This document shows positions 38,155 through 47,683 of a stretch of DNA of 64,000 bases, piece after piece. The translations under genes and the position numbers were made by a program. Source of the stretch: a virus; IMG/VR virus record IMGVR_UViG_3300032893_000011, positions 49,741 through 113,740 of that record; one strand, given 5' to 3'. Under the pieces are notes generated by a model, which saw nothing but the letters and a program-made list of their open reading frames with translations, was not told where the DNA came from and searched no databases. The first letter of the stretch is position 1; each line of letters opens with the position of its first letter.

Positions 38155-38180
38155 TCTGCCTGCGGGTAGGATTCAGGGTC

Positions 38181-38336
38181 ATGCTGGGAGCCCCGGTCAC
38201 ATGGGACATCACCCCCGAGGGTCAGGTGGTGTGCCGCTGGTGCAGGCGGCCCATCCACATGTGCGGGATAGGCACCCCCCGGCGCGGCGAGTCCTGCCGA
38301 GGCCGCCTCGAATACTGGCGGCGCGCCACCGCCTAA
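38181..38336 (+). CDS. Small Cys-rich protein
   Basis: CRWC...C...C; AGGA upstream. Confidence 0.4.
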   Translation: MLGAPVTWDITPEGQVVCRWCRRPIHMCGIGTPRRGESCRGRLEYWRRATA

Positions 38337-38343
38337 CACTAAT

Positions 38344-38372
38344 CCGTTAACCGTTAACGTATAATTCGGGTC
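38344..38372 (+). promoter_or_regulatory. Leaderless promoter with tandem CCGTTAA sites
   Basis: CCGTTAA x2 at 38344-38357, TATAAT at 38360-38365, ATG at 38373. Confidence 0.65.
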
Positions 38373-38624
38373 ATGCCGCGAGGGGACCCCCACGTAACCA
38401 TCGGGCTGCGGCTGCACCCCGACATCATCACCGAACTCGACAAGTGGGCCGAGGGCCGCAACCTGTCGCGCTCCGACGCGTTGAAGGCGCTGCTGCGCTA
38501 CGCGTGGGCCCGCCGCGACGCGGTCGCCCTCGCCCAGGGCCTCGGGCTGGAGACCATGCCAGCCGAACGATCCACACAACGACGCGGCTCCTACCAGAAA
38601 ACAGACAAACCGAAAGGCGGATAG
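38373..38624 (+). CDS. Ribbon-helix-helix (CopG-like) regulator
   Basis: VTIGLRLHPDIITELDKWAEGRNLSRSDALKALL. Confidence 0.8.
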   Translation: MPRGDPHVTIGLRLHPDIITELDKWAEGRNLSRSDALKALLRYAWARRDAVALAQGLGLETMPAERSTQRRGSYQKTDKPKGG

Positions 38625-39724
38625 TGGACGGGCAACGACAGGCTGAGCTTCGCGAGATACCCATCGACGAGCTTTACCCGCACCCCGACAATCCCCGGCT
38701 GATGCTGCGCGAGGACGTCGTGGAGCAGATCGCCGAGCAGCTGCGCGAGCAAGGCGCGTTCGGTCGCGAGCACGCCCCGATAGTGCGGGAGTTCAACGGC
38801 GGCTACCAGATCGCTTCGGGGCACACCCGGCGGGTGGCCGCCGAGCGCGCCGGCGTCCGGGCCATCCCCTGCTGGGTGAAGGACATGGACGACGACGAGG
38901 CATTCATGATGCTTGTCCTGTCGAACGCGCAGGGCGAACTGTCTCCGCTGGAGATCGGCGTCCACGCGCTGCGCGCTGTGCCGCTCGGCAAGCGAGGGCG
39001 AGGCAATATCGGTGACGGATTGAAGTCATATGCCAAGCGCATCGGCCGGTCGGAACAACAGGTCGGTCATTTACGGTCGGCTGCCGAGGTGCTTAAAAAT
39101 TGTATGGTTGACCATACAATTTCTGACTTTCTCACCCGTTCCGAGCACCTTTACGAAGTCTCGCGAGCTCCGCGCGAGTTGTGGCCCCAACTAGTTGATC
39201 GGCTACTCAAGCAGAAATGGACTGTTGCCGACATAGCCGCCGAGGTCAACAGGATCAACAATGCCGAGAAGTTGCGGCAGGCCGAGGAGGCACGCCTGGC
39301 CGGCGAGGAAACCGAGGCCCAGAAGTTCATCGAGGAGCACGCCCCGGACCTCGCTGCGGCTGTTGGTGGTGACATCAAAACCTACGTCGAGGCGCTGGCG
39401 GTGTGGGAGAAACGTAACCGCGAAGAGGCCAAGCGAATCCAGGACGAGAAGGACGAGCGCGACCGCGCCATACGACACGCATTCCTAGCGGTCGCCAGGC
39501 TGGAAACCTCTTTCATGTCCGACGTCGCGTCAATACTTGAGGGTTATCACTACGGCGCCAAAGTGGACTTGGCCAAAATTCATGCGCTGCTGATGCGCGG
39601 CGCCGACGCTATCAAGGAGGTTGGACGTGTCGGAGAAAGAACCGAAACCGCGGACGAAGAAGGCCAGGTCGAGTACGCAGGCGGAGCTTCTGGCTCAGTG
39701 CATGGCGAGGCTGCCTCTCGATGA
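38624..39724 (+). CDS. ParB/Srx N-terminal domain protein
   Basis: IPIDELYPHPDNPR, PIVR, YQIASGHTRRVAA and SNAQGELSPLE motifs. Confidence 0.85.
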   Translation: MDGQRQAELREIPIDELYPHPDNPRLMLREDVVEQIAEQLREQGAFGREHAPIVREFNGGYQIASGHTRRVAAERAGVRAIPCWVKDMDDDEAFMMLVLSNAQGELSPLEIGVHALRAVPLGKRGRGNIGDGLKSYAKRIGRSEQQVGHLRSAAEVLKNCMVDHTISDFLTRSEHLYEVSRAPRELWPQLVDRLLKQKWTVADIAAEVNRINNAEKLRQAEEARLAGEETEAQKFIEEHAPDLAAAVGGDIKTYVEALAVWEKRNREEAKRIQDEKDERDRAIRHAFLAVARLETSFMSDVASILEGYHYGAKVDLAKIHALLMRGADAIKEVGRVGERTETADEEGQVEYAGGASGSVHGEAASR

Positions 39725-40187
39725 GGACGGCGCGGTAAATCAGAAACAGCTTATCGACGAGGTTGCCAAATGCATCGACTTCGATGAGGACGCAGCGCGC
39801 CACGAGAGGGCGCGCAACATTGTTGAGAGCGCGCAGAGGCCGGGCAGGACGGAGCCCGAGGGGCAACTGAAGTTCGAGGGCATGGACGCCTACGACTACG
39901 AGCCGAACCGGCTCGTGCTGGGTTCAGATCAAAGCATCGTGGAAAACCGCAAGGCGAAGCCGACACATAAAGCCGCCGAGGCGCGCCGCACCCAAGACAA
40001 CGCCGTGCGGGCTCAGCTGCAGGCCAACCGGCGCCAGCAGGAAGCCAGCCTCTACAGCGAATGGTTCGTGGAACAAATCCTCGCGGGCCGCCCGAAGAAG
40101 GAGCTGACGTTCGGCGTGTTCGTCAAGGAAACGAAGACCCACCAGCCGCCGCAAGAGCCCGAGCCCGAAGTCGGTCCAATTTCTTGA
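39621..40187 (+). CDS. Hypothetical protein
   Basis: AAGGAGG RBS; overlaps the end of the ParB-like gene. Confidence 0.6.
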   Translation: MDVSEKEPKPRTKKARSSTQAELLAQCMARLPLDEDGAVNQKQLIDEVAKCIDFDEDAARHERARNIVESAQRPGRTEPEGQLKFEGMDAYDYEPNRLVLGSDQSIVENRKAKPTHKAAEARRTQDNAVRAQLQANRRQQEASLYSEWFVEQILAGRPKKELTFGVFVKETKTHQPPQEPEPEVGPIS

Positions 40188-40236
40188 TTCCAATAAATCT
40201 CAGCGTTGAGGCTAAGTGAGAGGCTGAACCCCAAAC

Positions 40237-40611
40237 ATGGCGAAAATGCCCGACCCGGTCTCGGTCTCGGTGCACATCCATTTCGACGACGACACTGTTG
40301 CGACGCTGCGCAGGCTGATCCGCGAGGAGATCTGCAACCACGCCCGCGACAACCTGACCAACGCGGTGGACGCCCGGGACCGCTGCGAACCGCTCGACCT
40401 GGCCCCGAGCAAGGCGCTGGTCTGCCGCCACGGGGTGCGCCGGGCCGGGCCGCCGACGAAGCTCGCATTCGGTAACGCCGTCCACGACTGCGTCTGCTGC
40501 TCCGATCCGTACGCGTCGTTCGCGGTCAACGCGGGCCTGTGCCCGTGGTGCCGCGGCCGCGAAACGGCGAAGCCGGTGGACATCCGCTCCTACGACGAGG
40601 CAGAGTCGTGA
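40237..40611 (+). CDS. Hypothetical Cys-rich protein
   Basis: CVCC...CPWC. Confidence 0.55.
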   Translation: MAKMPDPVSVSVHIHFDDDTVATLRRLIREEICNHARDNLTNAVDARDRCEPLDLAPSKALVCRHGVRRAGPPTKLAFGNAVHDCVCCSDPYASFAVNAGLCPWCRGRETAKPVDIRSYDEAES

Positions 40612-40844
40612 CCCTCGTCGACAAAGTGGCGATGCGGCTGCTTCTGGCCCGCCACGAAGTCCACGGCCTGCAGTTCACGCCGGACGGCACCGGCCGCTCC
40701 GCCCATGGTTTCTGGGTGCCGGTGGCGACGTGCGGGTGCGGGCACACCAGCCCGCCGGAGCGCCGCGCCGACCACCTCGCCGACGTCCTGATCAACAACG
40801 TCGACACGTGGCTCGTGCGCGACCCGACACTGGCCCGAGAGTGA
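40608..40844 (+). CDS. Hypothetical protein
   Basis: GTGA overlaps at both ends; CGCG...H motif. Confidence 0.55.
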   Translation: MTLVDKVAMRLLLARHEVHGLQFTPDGTGRSAHGFWVPVATCGCGHTSPPERRADHLADVLINNVDTWLVRDPTLARE

Positions 40845-41149
40845 ACTGGGAGTGTGGCGACCCCCCGATGGGGGAGCCGTACGACTGGGAAGCCGAAGAG
40901 ACGGACCGGGAGAAAATTATCGGCGACAAGCCCGGACTGCCCGAGCCGGGCCAGTTCCCGCCCGACCCGTACCCCGAACCGAACCCGTACATCCACGACG
41001 AACCACCCGACCCATATCCCGAGCCAGGCGAACCGCAGGCGCCCGGCCGACCAAAGAACACGGCGAAGACGGTCCTGCTGATCGTGGCGGCGGTAGTGTT
41101 CGTGGCGGCTGTGGTGGCCGCGCTCATCTACACGGGAGTGGGGACGTGA
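40841..41149 (+). CDS. Pro-rich small membrane protein
   Basis: PPDPYPEP repeats followed by one C-terminal hydrophobic helix. Confidence 0.6.
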   Translation: MNWECGDPPMGEPYDWEAEETDREKIIGDKPGLPEPGQFPPDPYPEPNPYIHDEPPDPYPEPGEPQAPGRPKNTAKTVLLIVAAVVFVAAVVAALIYTGVGT

Positions 41150-41359
41150 CCGATTGGCCGTACGCCGGGCTTCGTGTGCTGCGGATGAGCATAGCGATGT
41201 AACATCGTGCCAGATAATATCGAGTTGATGTGAGATTATCGACCCGTGATTCAACGTTCATGGCGTTAGTGACACCGTTACCAGAACAGCTGCGGGGCCG
41301 TATCCTCTACCGCAACTCCGGCGCACCCGACACGCGCCGGTAGCCGAACGGGTCGAGCC

Positions 41360-41569
41360 GTGAAACTGCCCGCAATCCCGCACCGCCCCACATGCCAATA
41401 TCCCGGCTGCCGGGGACCGGACGGGCCGAACGGCCGCAAGCCACCCGCCGTGGCCACGCTGCGAAACCTGTCCGGATACAAGCGCAGATACTGCCGATAC
41501 CACTACGACCTGATGGCGGCGAAGCAGCAAGAAATCATCGCCAAATCCCCTGCCGGGCCCTGGCTTTAA
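41360..41569 (+). CDS. Small Zn-finger protein
   Basis: CQYPGC...YCRYH. Confidence 0.5.
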   Translation: MKLPAIPHRPTCQYPGCRGPDGPNGRKPPAVATLRNLSGYKRRYCRYHYDLMAAKQQEIIAKSPAGPWL

Positions 41570-41576
41570 CCCACCG

Positions 41577-44500
41577 CTAACCCAGCCCTAAACCACGCTC
41601 GATCCCGCGCTGCATCTGTTGCTCGTCGTCGGCGAACCGCTCCGCTCGCGCCTGGCGCAGGCGCGCCCGCTCACCCAGAGCCGCCACCACCGAATCGGGC
41701 AGCACCGCCGTGTCGAACCGGGCGGCCTGCACGAGAACCGCGTCGAGGTCGGGGCGTTCGCGGCGCCGCACCGACGCGGCTGCGGACAGCGTCACCGACC
41801 ACGGCAAGTCACGCTCCAGCATCCTCAGCAGCCCTCCCGACGGCCCGTCAAGGCCGTCGTCGAGCAGCACCACCCGCGCCCTGTACCGCTCCGCCCGCTC
41901 CGCCACCTCGCGTATCCGCTGCGGCTCCAGCATGTTCGCGCGCTCGACGACCAACACATCGTCGATGCCCAGCTGCGCGTCCATGTCGGTCACCACGGCC
42001 CGCCCCGATGCCCGCATCGCCGCCGTGAAAACGTCCAGAGCCTCCGCCGCGTCACCGGCCGCGTGCGCCACCGACACCGTGTAGTCGTGGCGGGCCAGCG
42101 ACACCACCGCCCGCGCCGAGGCAAGCCCCAGGTGCGCAACATCGGACTGTGAAACCTCCACGCCGCCGCCGCGGGTCACCCCCGCCGCCAAGTCCAGGAC
42201 CCGCAACTCGGTGTCGACCTCAGCGGTCCGGCCCGCGATGTAGTCCCCGCAGCGATGGTAGGACGCGGCGAACGCCGCCACCGTCGCGGCCTCCGCCGCG
42301 TCAAGCGCCCGCCGGGCCTCGTCACGACGTCGGGCGCACTCGGCGAGCTCGTCGTCGTCGCGGGAGGCCACCGCCCTCCGCGCCGCCTCGACGTCCTCGG
42401 CGTCCACAATGCCAGCCGGTGCCGCGGCGAAACGCGCCGCGACCGCCTCGTCCAACCGGCCCGCGAACCGGGCCGCCGGGTCGCCCATCTGCACCAGCGC
42501 CACCCAGCTGCGGGCCGACGCAACCTGGTCCTCGTCGCCGGACAGCAGCGCTTGATCCAGCGCGGTGCGTGCCGCATCCATGTCCTGCCGGTAGGCGACC
42601 TCGGCGTCGGCCCACTGCGCCACAACCTCCTGCACAGCCATCCGGTACGGGCGGTCCGCGTCGGCGCGGGCCCGTAACTCCAGAAGCCGCGAATCCGCCG
42701 CCAGCATCGCCGGGCCCCGCCCCTGCGTCACCGCCGCCCGCAGCGACGCCAACCGTTTCTCGGCGTCGGCCAGCCCGCGACGCAACGCCCGCACATCGGC
42801 CACCGCCTCCGGCAACGGCACCGGGGCGGCTGCAGTTTCGGCACTAAAATCTTGCACGGTTTCGTGCATGTCGTCGGCCAGCATCTCCTCCTCCTCGATG
42901 CTCAACGGGGCCTCCGCTGCCAGCATCTCCTCCTCCTCCAGGCTGACCGGCGGCACCGTCACCGTCGGCGCCCACTCGTAGCGGTGCGACGTGAACAGGT
43001 CGATCGAGACGGCCAGCAGCCGGGCGTACTCGTCGGGCCGAACAGCCCCCCCGTCGCGCAGCCGCTCGTCGGCCATCGACAACAACTCCCGCGGCCCGCA
43101 CAGGCGATGGTCGGCGGCGGCGACCGCCGCCACCAGGCCGGGGAACGCAGGGTCGGCGGCGATAGTCTCGGCCAGGGCCGACCCGAAAACCGCCTCCAGA
43201 TCGGCCATCCACGGCGGCCGCAGCCGCTGCCCCGACACCTTCAGAACAGCCGGGCCGACCGCCCCGCACAGGCGCCACAGCAGGGCCGCCGCGGGCATCT
43301 CGTCGGGCAGCGGACCAGCCCGGGCCGCGTCGGCGAGGACCGCCCGCACGTCCGTGCCGGTGCGCGCCACATCCGACAGCTTCGCCGCCAACAAAGGCCA
43401 GTAGGCGTCGCGGCGGACCCGGACATCCACATCGTCGACCAGGTCCCGCCACCGCGACACCCGCGCGTCCCCCGCCCCGATCAGCCGGTCGATCGCCTCC
43501 CGCCACATGCCCTGCAGCTTGGCCGCCCGCGGCTGGGACTGGGCGGGCCCGACGATCCGCGAATCGGTGTCGGGCACGCCGTGCGCCGCCCGAAACACGG
43601 CGATCTCGGCCACCATCCTCGGCGCCGACAGCAGCGGGCGCGCCCACACCGGCGCCGACGAAACGTCCCACGCGTAGGCCACCGCCCGCACCTGGTCGGC
43701 CAGGCCGGTCACCACGAACGCCCGCGCCGCCAGATACTCCGCCAGGTCCTTCGGCGCCGAGTCGGGGATCGCCGGGAGCCACTGCAGCGGCCCCACCCCG
43801 CCCGGCTCACCGGACCGCCACACGGCGTCCATGTAGCGGGTCGCCGCGGGTGCCAAACGCTTGAACACGTCGGCCGCATCATGGGCGGCCGACGTCGCGG
43901 ACACCTGCGCGTCGTCGCGCCCCAGGGCCCGCGTCAGCACGTCGATCGCCGTCTCCGGGTGGGTGGCCTTCGGCGACAGGATTCGGTGCGGGTCGGCCTC
44001 GGCGGTCGACAGGTAGACGTGGTTGGCGGCGGTGCCCCGCGACAGACCGGTGGTCACCTGCTGGCGGGTCAACCGGTCCCCGCCCACCATGTGGCAGGTG
44101 CCGGGCCGCTGCCGCGAACCGATCGTGTCGCCCTGCGCGGCGTCGATCGTCGACGCGTAACCCAGGGTGGTGTGGGCCTTCACATAGTCGGCGGGCAGGG
44201 TCACCGTGTGCCGCGTGCCCACCCGCGCGACCCGCAAAGCCCCGCCCCGCAGGACCTTCGTCACCTGCCAGCGGTAGCCGTTGCGGACGTAGTCGCGGCC
44301 GCCGCGCAGCCGCAGGTGCCGCGCGTTGTCGCGGGTCGCGACCAGGTCGCCGACCGAGGCGCGCAACCCGTCCGACAACCCGGCCGTCGCCAGTGCGACC
44401 GGCCCCCCCGAGGCGGCGAGCCGGTGGGCGCGGGCCCGCTCGTTGAGCGCCGCCACCACGTCGTGGGTCGGCGCCAGGAGCAGCGAGTCCCAGCCCTTCT

Positions 44501-46823
44501 CCCTGTCGGCCACCCACGCCGCGAACGCCATGTCCGCGGCGGTCGCGTCGGCCCCGACGTGAATGCGGTGATGGTCGGCGTAGAACCCCAGACCGGCCGG
44601 GTCGCCGTCCCGCAAAGCCAGGACGGCGGCGGCCTCGGCCTGCGAATCGAACCGCATCACCTCGCTCAGGGTGACGGCCCCCACGTCGCGGGCGATGTCG
44701 GTGAGCACCCCGCCCGACGCGATCGACGACAGCTGTTTGTTGTCGCCGACCAGGCGCACACTGGCCCCTCTGTCGAGCGCGAACCCGACCAGGTCCGCCA
44801 GGGCGGCCGTGCCCGAGCGGCCCGCCTCGTCCACGATCAGCACCGTCCTGGGCCCGATCCGGTCGAACCACTTACGCGCCGGGTCCAGCCGTGTCTTGTC
44901 CTTGTTGCGGGTCAGCCACACCAGCTTGTCGACCGTGTCCACCTCGATCTGCACGCCCTGCCCGGCCATGTCGTTGCGCAGCACCGCCGCCGCCCGCGCC
45001 GAGGCCGCCAACCCCACGACATGCCCGCCGTCCTCCCGCCACGCCGACGCCACAGCGGCCATCGCCGTCGTCTTGCCCGCCCCCGGGGGAGCCAAAGCCA
45101 GCGCGAGACGACGTCCCGAACATGTGAAATCTCGGACCAGGGCCTCCTGCCCGGGGTTGAGGGTGCGACCGTTGGCGGTCGCCTCCAGCAGGGCCAACCC
45201 GACCGCCCCGTCCGACACGCGTCGCCCGCCCGTGAGGCGCGCGGCGCCGAGGATGCGGCGCTCCGCCGCCAGCACCGCCTCCGACGTGTACAGCTGCGCC
45301 CCGTGCACCGAATACACACTCGAACCGTCGCGGCGCCGCAGCGACGCCGGCTCCCCCAGCTCGGCGTCAAGGTCGACCGCCCACGTGACACAACGGCCCA
45401 GGGCACTCTCGGTGATACGCTCCGCCAGCCCCTCAACATGGTGCAGGTCGTGGGCCCTCACCTGCCGCTGCGCCTCGGCGAAAACATGCGTCCGCTGCCA
45501 CACCGCCCGGTTCTGCGACACCGTCTCCACCACCCCGGCGGCCTGGCGCGCAACCCACTTGTCGTCGATACGCCGTGATCGTTTGCGGCCCCGCGAAAGC
45601 GCGTCGCCCAGCATCGCCGCCAACTGCGCAGGCCCGCCCAGCACCTGAACCGCCTGCCCGCGCCACACGCCGCGCTGCTGCGCAAGCGAGCGCGGCTCGT
45701 GCTTGGCCTGGCGGGTCTGCAGCGTCGCCGTCTGGTACAGCGCAAGCGACTCCGCGGCGATCGGCTCACGGCCGTGCGCCGCCTGAAACTCGCCCGCCAG
45801 CTGCGCGTAGCGGGCCTCGATCAGCTCGCGGCGCGACGAAAGCCGGGCGCACAGACGCTCCGACACACCCACCACCTCCCGCACCGGACGCTTACCCGCC
45901 CCCATCGCCCGCTCGGCGAAAGACAACCCCAACTCGGCGACCAGGTGCGCCTCCAGGCGCGTGTTGTACACCTCCGAGATCGCCACCTTGGCCTTGAACA
46001 GGACCCGACCGTCCAGGGCCAGCCACCGCCCGTCGAGCGCGCGGACCTTGCCCGACGCCGCGCAGTGCGTGTGCAGGTTGGGGTCCCCGGCGCGGGAGTC
46101 GCGGTGCGTGAAGGCCGCGATGATCACCCCGGCCGTGTCGACCTGCGCCACCCCGCCCGCACCTGTCCGGGCGAAACAGGCATGGTCCTGCATGTAGTCC
46201 AGGGCGTCGGCGACCGCCATGTAGTGGCAGCGCTCGACGGCCTGAGCTATCTGCAGCGGCGCCAGCGCCCACAGCACCGACACGGATTTGACCGGGGTGA
46301 ACGTCAGGTCGTAGCCGGCCACCGAGATAGTCGACTCACGGGACTCCCGGGCGATGAACCCGGCCAGCTCGCGGTCGTCACCGGGCGGTCGGCCGTACTG
46401 CTGCGCGAACAGCCCGGTGGCCACCCGCGTGCGGATCGCGGCCTTCGCGTCGTCTTCGACCGGCTCCGCCCAGTGCCGCCCGTGGGCCACGTTGTGCTCA
46501 CTGAAGGCCACCGCCAGGCGACGATCCAGCTCCGAGGTCTCGTAGACGATGCGAAACGGCCGCCCCAAAGGCTGCGACGAGTTTGGGTGCAGGCCGAAGC
46601 CAAACAAAGCCTCCATCTGCGCCTCGGTGACCTGCGAACCCGCCGCGACGTCGCCCAGCGCAGACAGGCCGCGCCCCATCCACCGCCCCGGCGACTCGCC
46701 CTTCTCGGTGTAGTACGCCGACAGAGACATGCGCCCGGCCTGCGTCGCATCGGCCCGCGCGACCTGCCGCGACAGGTACAGGTAGCCCGAGCCAGCGGTG
46801 ATCTTGTGCACGTCGGCGGTCAT
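41577..46823 (-). CDS. trwC: MOBF (TrwC/TraA-type) conjugative relaxase-helicase
   Basis: N-terminal HKITAGSGYLYL and YYTEKGESPGRWMG, DLTF, HUH motif HRDSRAGDPNLHTH, Walker A APPGAGKTT, VDEAG, LVGD.KQL and LGYASTI..AQG. Confidence 0.93.
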   Translation of the reverse strand: MTADVHKITAGSGYLYLSRQVARADATQAGRMSLSAYYTEKGESPGRWMGRGLSALGDVAAGSQVTEAQMEALFGFGLHPNSSQPLGRPFRIVYETSELDRRLAVAFSEHNVAHGRHWAEPVEDDAKAAIRTRVATGLFAQQYGRPPGDDRELAGFIARESRESTISVAGYDLTFTPVKSVSVLWALAPLQIAQAVERCHYMAVADALDYMQDHACFARTGAGGVAQVDTAGVIIAAFTHRDSRAGDPNLHTHCAASGKVRALDGRWLALDGRVLFKAKVAISEVYNTRLEAHLVAELGLSFAERAMGAGKRPVREVVGVSERLCARLSSRRELIEARYAQLAGEFQAAHGREPIAAESLALYQTATLQTRQAKHEPRSLAQQRGVWRGQAVQVLGGPAQLAAMLGDALSRGRKRSRRIDDKWVARQAAGVVETVSQNRAVWQRTHVFAEAQRQVRAHDLHHVEGLAERITESALGRCVTWAVDLDAELGEPASLRRRDGSSVYSVHGAQLYTSEAVLAAERRILGAARLTGGRRVSDGAVGLALLEATANGRTLNPGQEALVRDFTCSGRRLALALAPPGAGKTTAMAAVASAWREDGGHVVGLAASARAAAVLRNDMAGQGVQIEVDTVDKLVWLTRNKDKTRLDPARKWFDRIGPRTVLIVDEAGRSGTAALADLVGFALDRGASVRLVGDNKQLSSIASGGVLTDIARDVGAVTLSEVMRFDSQAEAAAVLALRDGDPAGLGFYADHHRIHVGADATAADMAFAAWVADREKGWDSLLLAPTHDVVAALNERARAHRLAASGGPVALATAGLSDGLRASVGDLVATRDNARHLRLRGGRDYVRNGYRWQVTKVLRGGALRVARVGTRHTVTLPADYVKAHTTLGYASTIDAAQGDTIGSRQRPGTCHMVGGDRLTRQQVTTGLSRGTAANHVYLSTAEADPHRILSPKATHPETAIDVLTRALGRDDAQVSATSAAHDAADVFKRLAPAATRYMDAVWRSGEPGGVGPLQWLPAIPDSAPKDLAEYLAARAFVVTGLADQVRAVAYAWDVSSAPVWARPLLSAPRMVAEIAVFRAAHGVPDTDSRIVGPAQSQPRAAKLQGMWREAIDRLIGAGDARVSRWRDLVDDVDVRVRRDAYWPLLAAKLSDVARTGTDVRAVLADAARAGPLPDEMPAAALLWRLCGAVGPAVLKVSGQRLRPPWMADLEAVFGSALAETIAADPAFPGLVAAVAAADHRLCGPRELLSMADERLRDGGAVRPDEYARLLAVSIDLFTSHRYEWAPTVTVPPVSLEEEEMLAAEAPLSIEEEEMLADDMHETVQDFSAETAAAPVPLPEAVADVRALRRGLADAEKRLASLRAAVTQGRGPAMLAADSRLLELRARADADRPYRMAVQEVVAQWADAEVAYRQDMDAARTALDQALLSGDEDQVASARSWVALVQMGDPAARFAGRLDEAVAARFAAAPAGIVDAEDVEAARRAVASRDDDELAECARRRDEARRALDAAEAATVAAFAASYHRCGDYIAGRTAEVDTELRVLDLAAGVTRGGGVEVSQSDVAHLGLASARAVVSLARHDYTVSVAHAAGDAAEALDVFTAAMRASGRAVVTDMDAQLGIDDVLVVERANMLEPQRIREVAERAERYRARVVLLDDGLDGPSGGLLRMLERDLPWSVTLSAAASVRRRERPDLDAVLVQAARFDTAVLPDSVVAALGERARLRQARAERFADDEQQMQRGIERGLGLG

Positions 46824-46856
46824 TAACCCCCTCCCTCGGCGCTTATCGGCGGTGCG

Positions 46857-46975
46857 ACACACCTAGGATGAGACACGATCTGCGTCACGTCAACCACCAC
46901 CGGCCGACACGCCCACGGATCACCAGCCCGACCACCGGCGGACACAGTGCACTAGGTGTGTGGTGTGGGGTTGGG
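46857..46975. promoter_or_regulatory. Candidate oriT
   Basis: Upstream of the relaxase; 10-bp inverted repeat ACACACCTAG (46857-46866) / CTAGGTGTGT (46952-46961); GTGCAC palindrome followed by a GT-rich tract. Confidence 0.55.
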
Positions 46976-47083
46976 GCTGAGAAGTGGTTAAGGATTGGTA
47001 ACGGCCAGTATGGGGGTTGCGGGGGTGGCGTGGCGGGGTGCTGTGTGGTCGGTGGGGGGTGTTGACGGGGTGTATTACGATGC

Positions 47084-47683
47084 GTGGTTATGAATCGCAG
47101 GATTGAGCGGGAGGCCCGCGCGCGGGTGGTTGAGGCGCGTCGTGAGGCGGCGTCGCGGCGGGCTGAGCGGGAGCGTGCAAACTCCGCGGCGCTGGTGGAG
47201 TTGGTGTCGCATGTGGTGGCGGCGGATGGGGTGTTGCCGGAGTTGGAGGAGCGGATCGCGGCGTTGCGGTTCGAGGCTCGCGCGCGCCGTGAGGAGCATC
47301 GGTTGTTGGCGGCTGCGGCAGTTGAGGAGTTGCGCGGGCGGGGCGAGTCGGTGGAGGAGATCGCGGAGCAGTCGGGTGTGCCGGTGGCGGTGGTGCGCGA
47401 GTTGGTGAGGGTGGCGCGTCGCCGGTCGGTGGACGGTGAGGCGGTTGCGGGTGAGCCCGAGGCGGTCGCGACACCTGGGGATGCGGCGAAGGCGGACATG
47501 GATGAGATGGCGGCCTTCGCTGCGGAGCGTGAGGCGGCGGAGGAGCCTGACGTGGTGGCTGTGATGCAGACGCCGTCGGGGCGGGTGTGCGGTGAGCTTG
47601 TGATGGCCCGGTCGGTCGGGGATGTCGAGTTAGTCGGTGTGCCCGAGTGGCGCGGTGCACTAGCGGCGGGCGCGCAGCGGTAG
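47084..47683 (+). CDS. Relaxase-adjacent coiled-coil/HTH protein
   Basis: Divergent from the relaxase; LRGRGESVEEIAEQSGVPVAVVRELV. Confidence 0.6.
   Translation: MVMNRRIEREARARVVEARREAASRRAERERANSAALVELVSHVVAADGVLPELEERIAALRFEARARREEHRLLAAAAVEELRGRGESVEEIAEQSGVPVAVVRELVRVARRRSVDGEAVAGEPEAVATPGDAAKADMDEMAAFAAEREAAEEPDVVAVMQTPSGRVCGELVMARSVGDVELVGVPEWRGALAAGAQR

Noticed and set aside
46840-46851. CGCCGATAAGCG on the minus strand resembles one arm of a mycobacterial dif site as I recall it
   Set aside because: No TTATGTCAA-like second arm at the right spacing.
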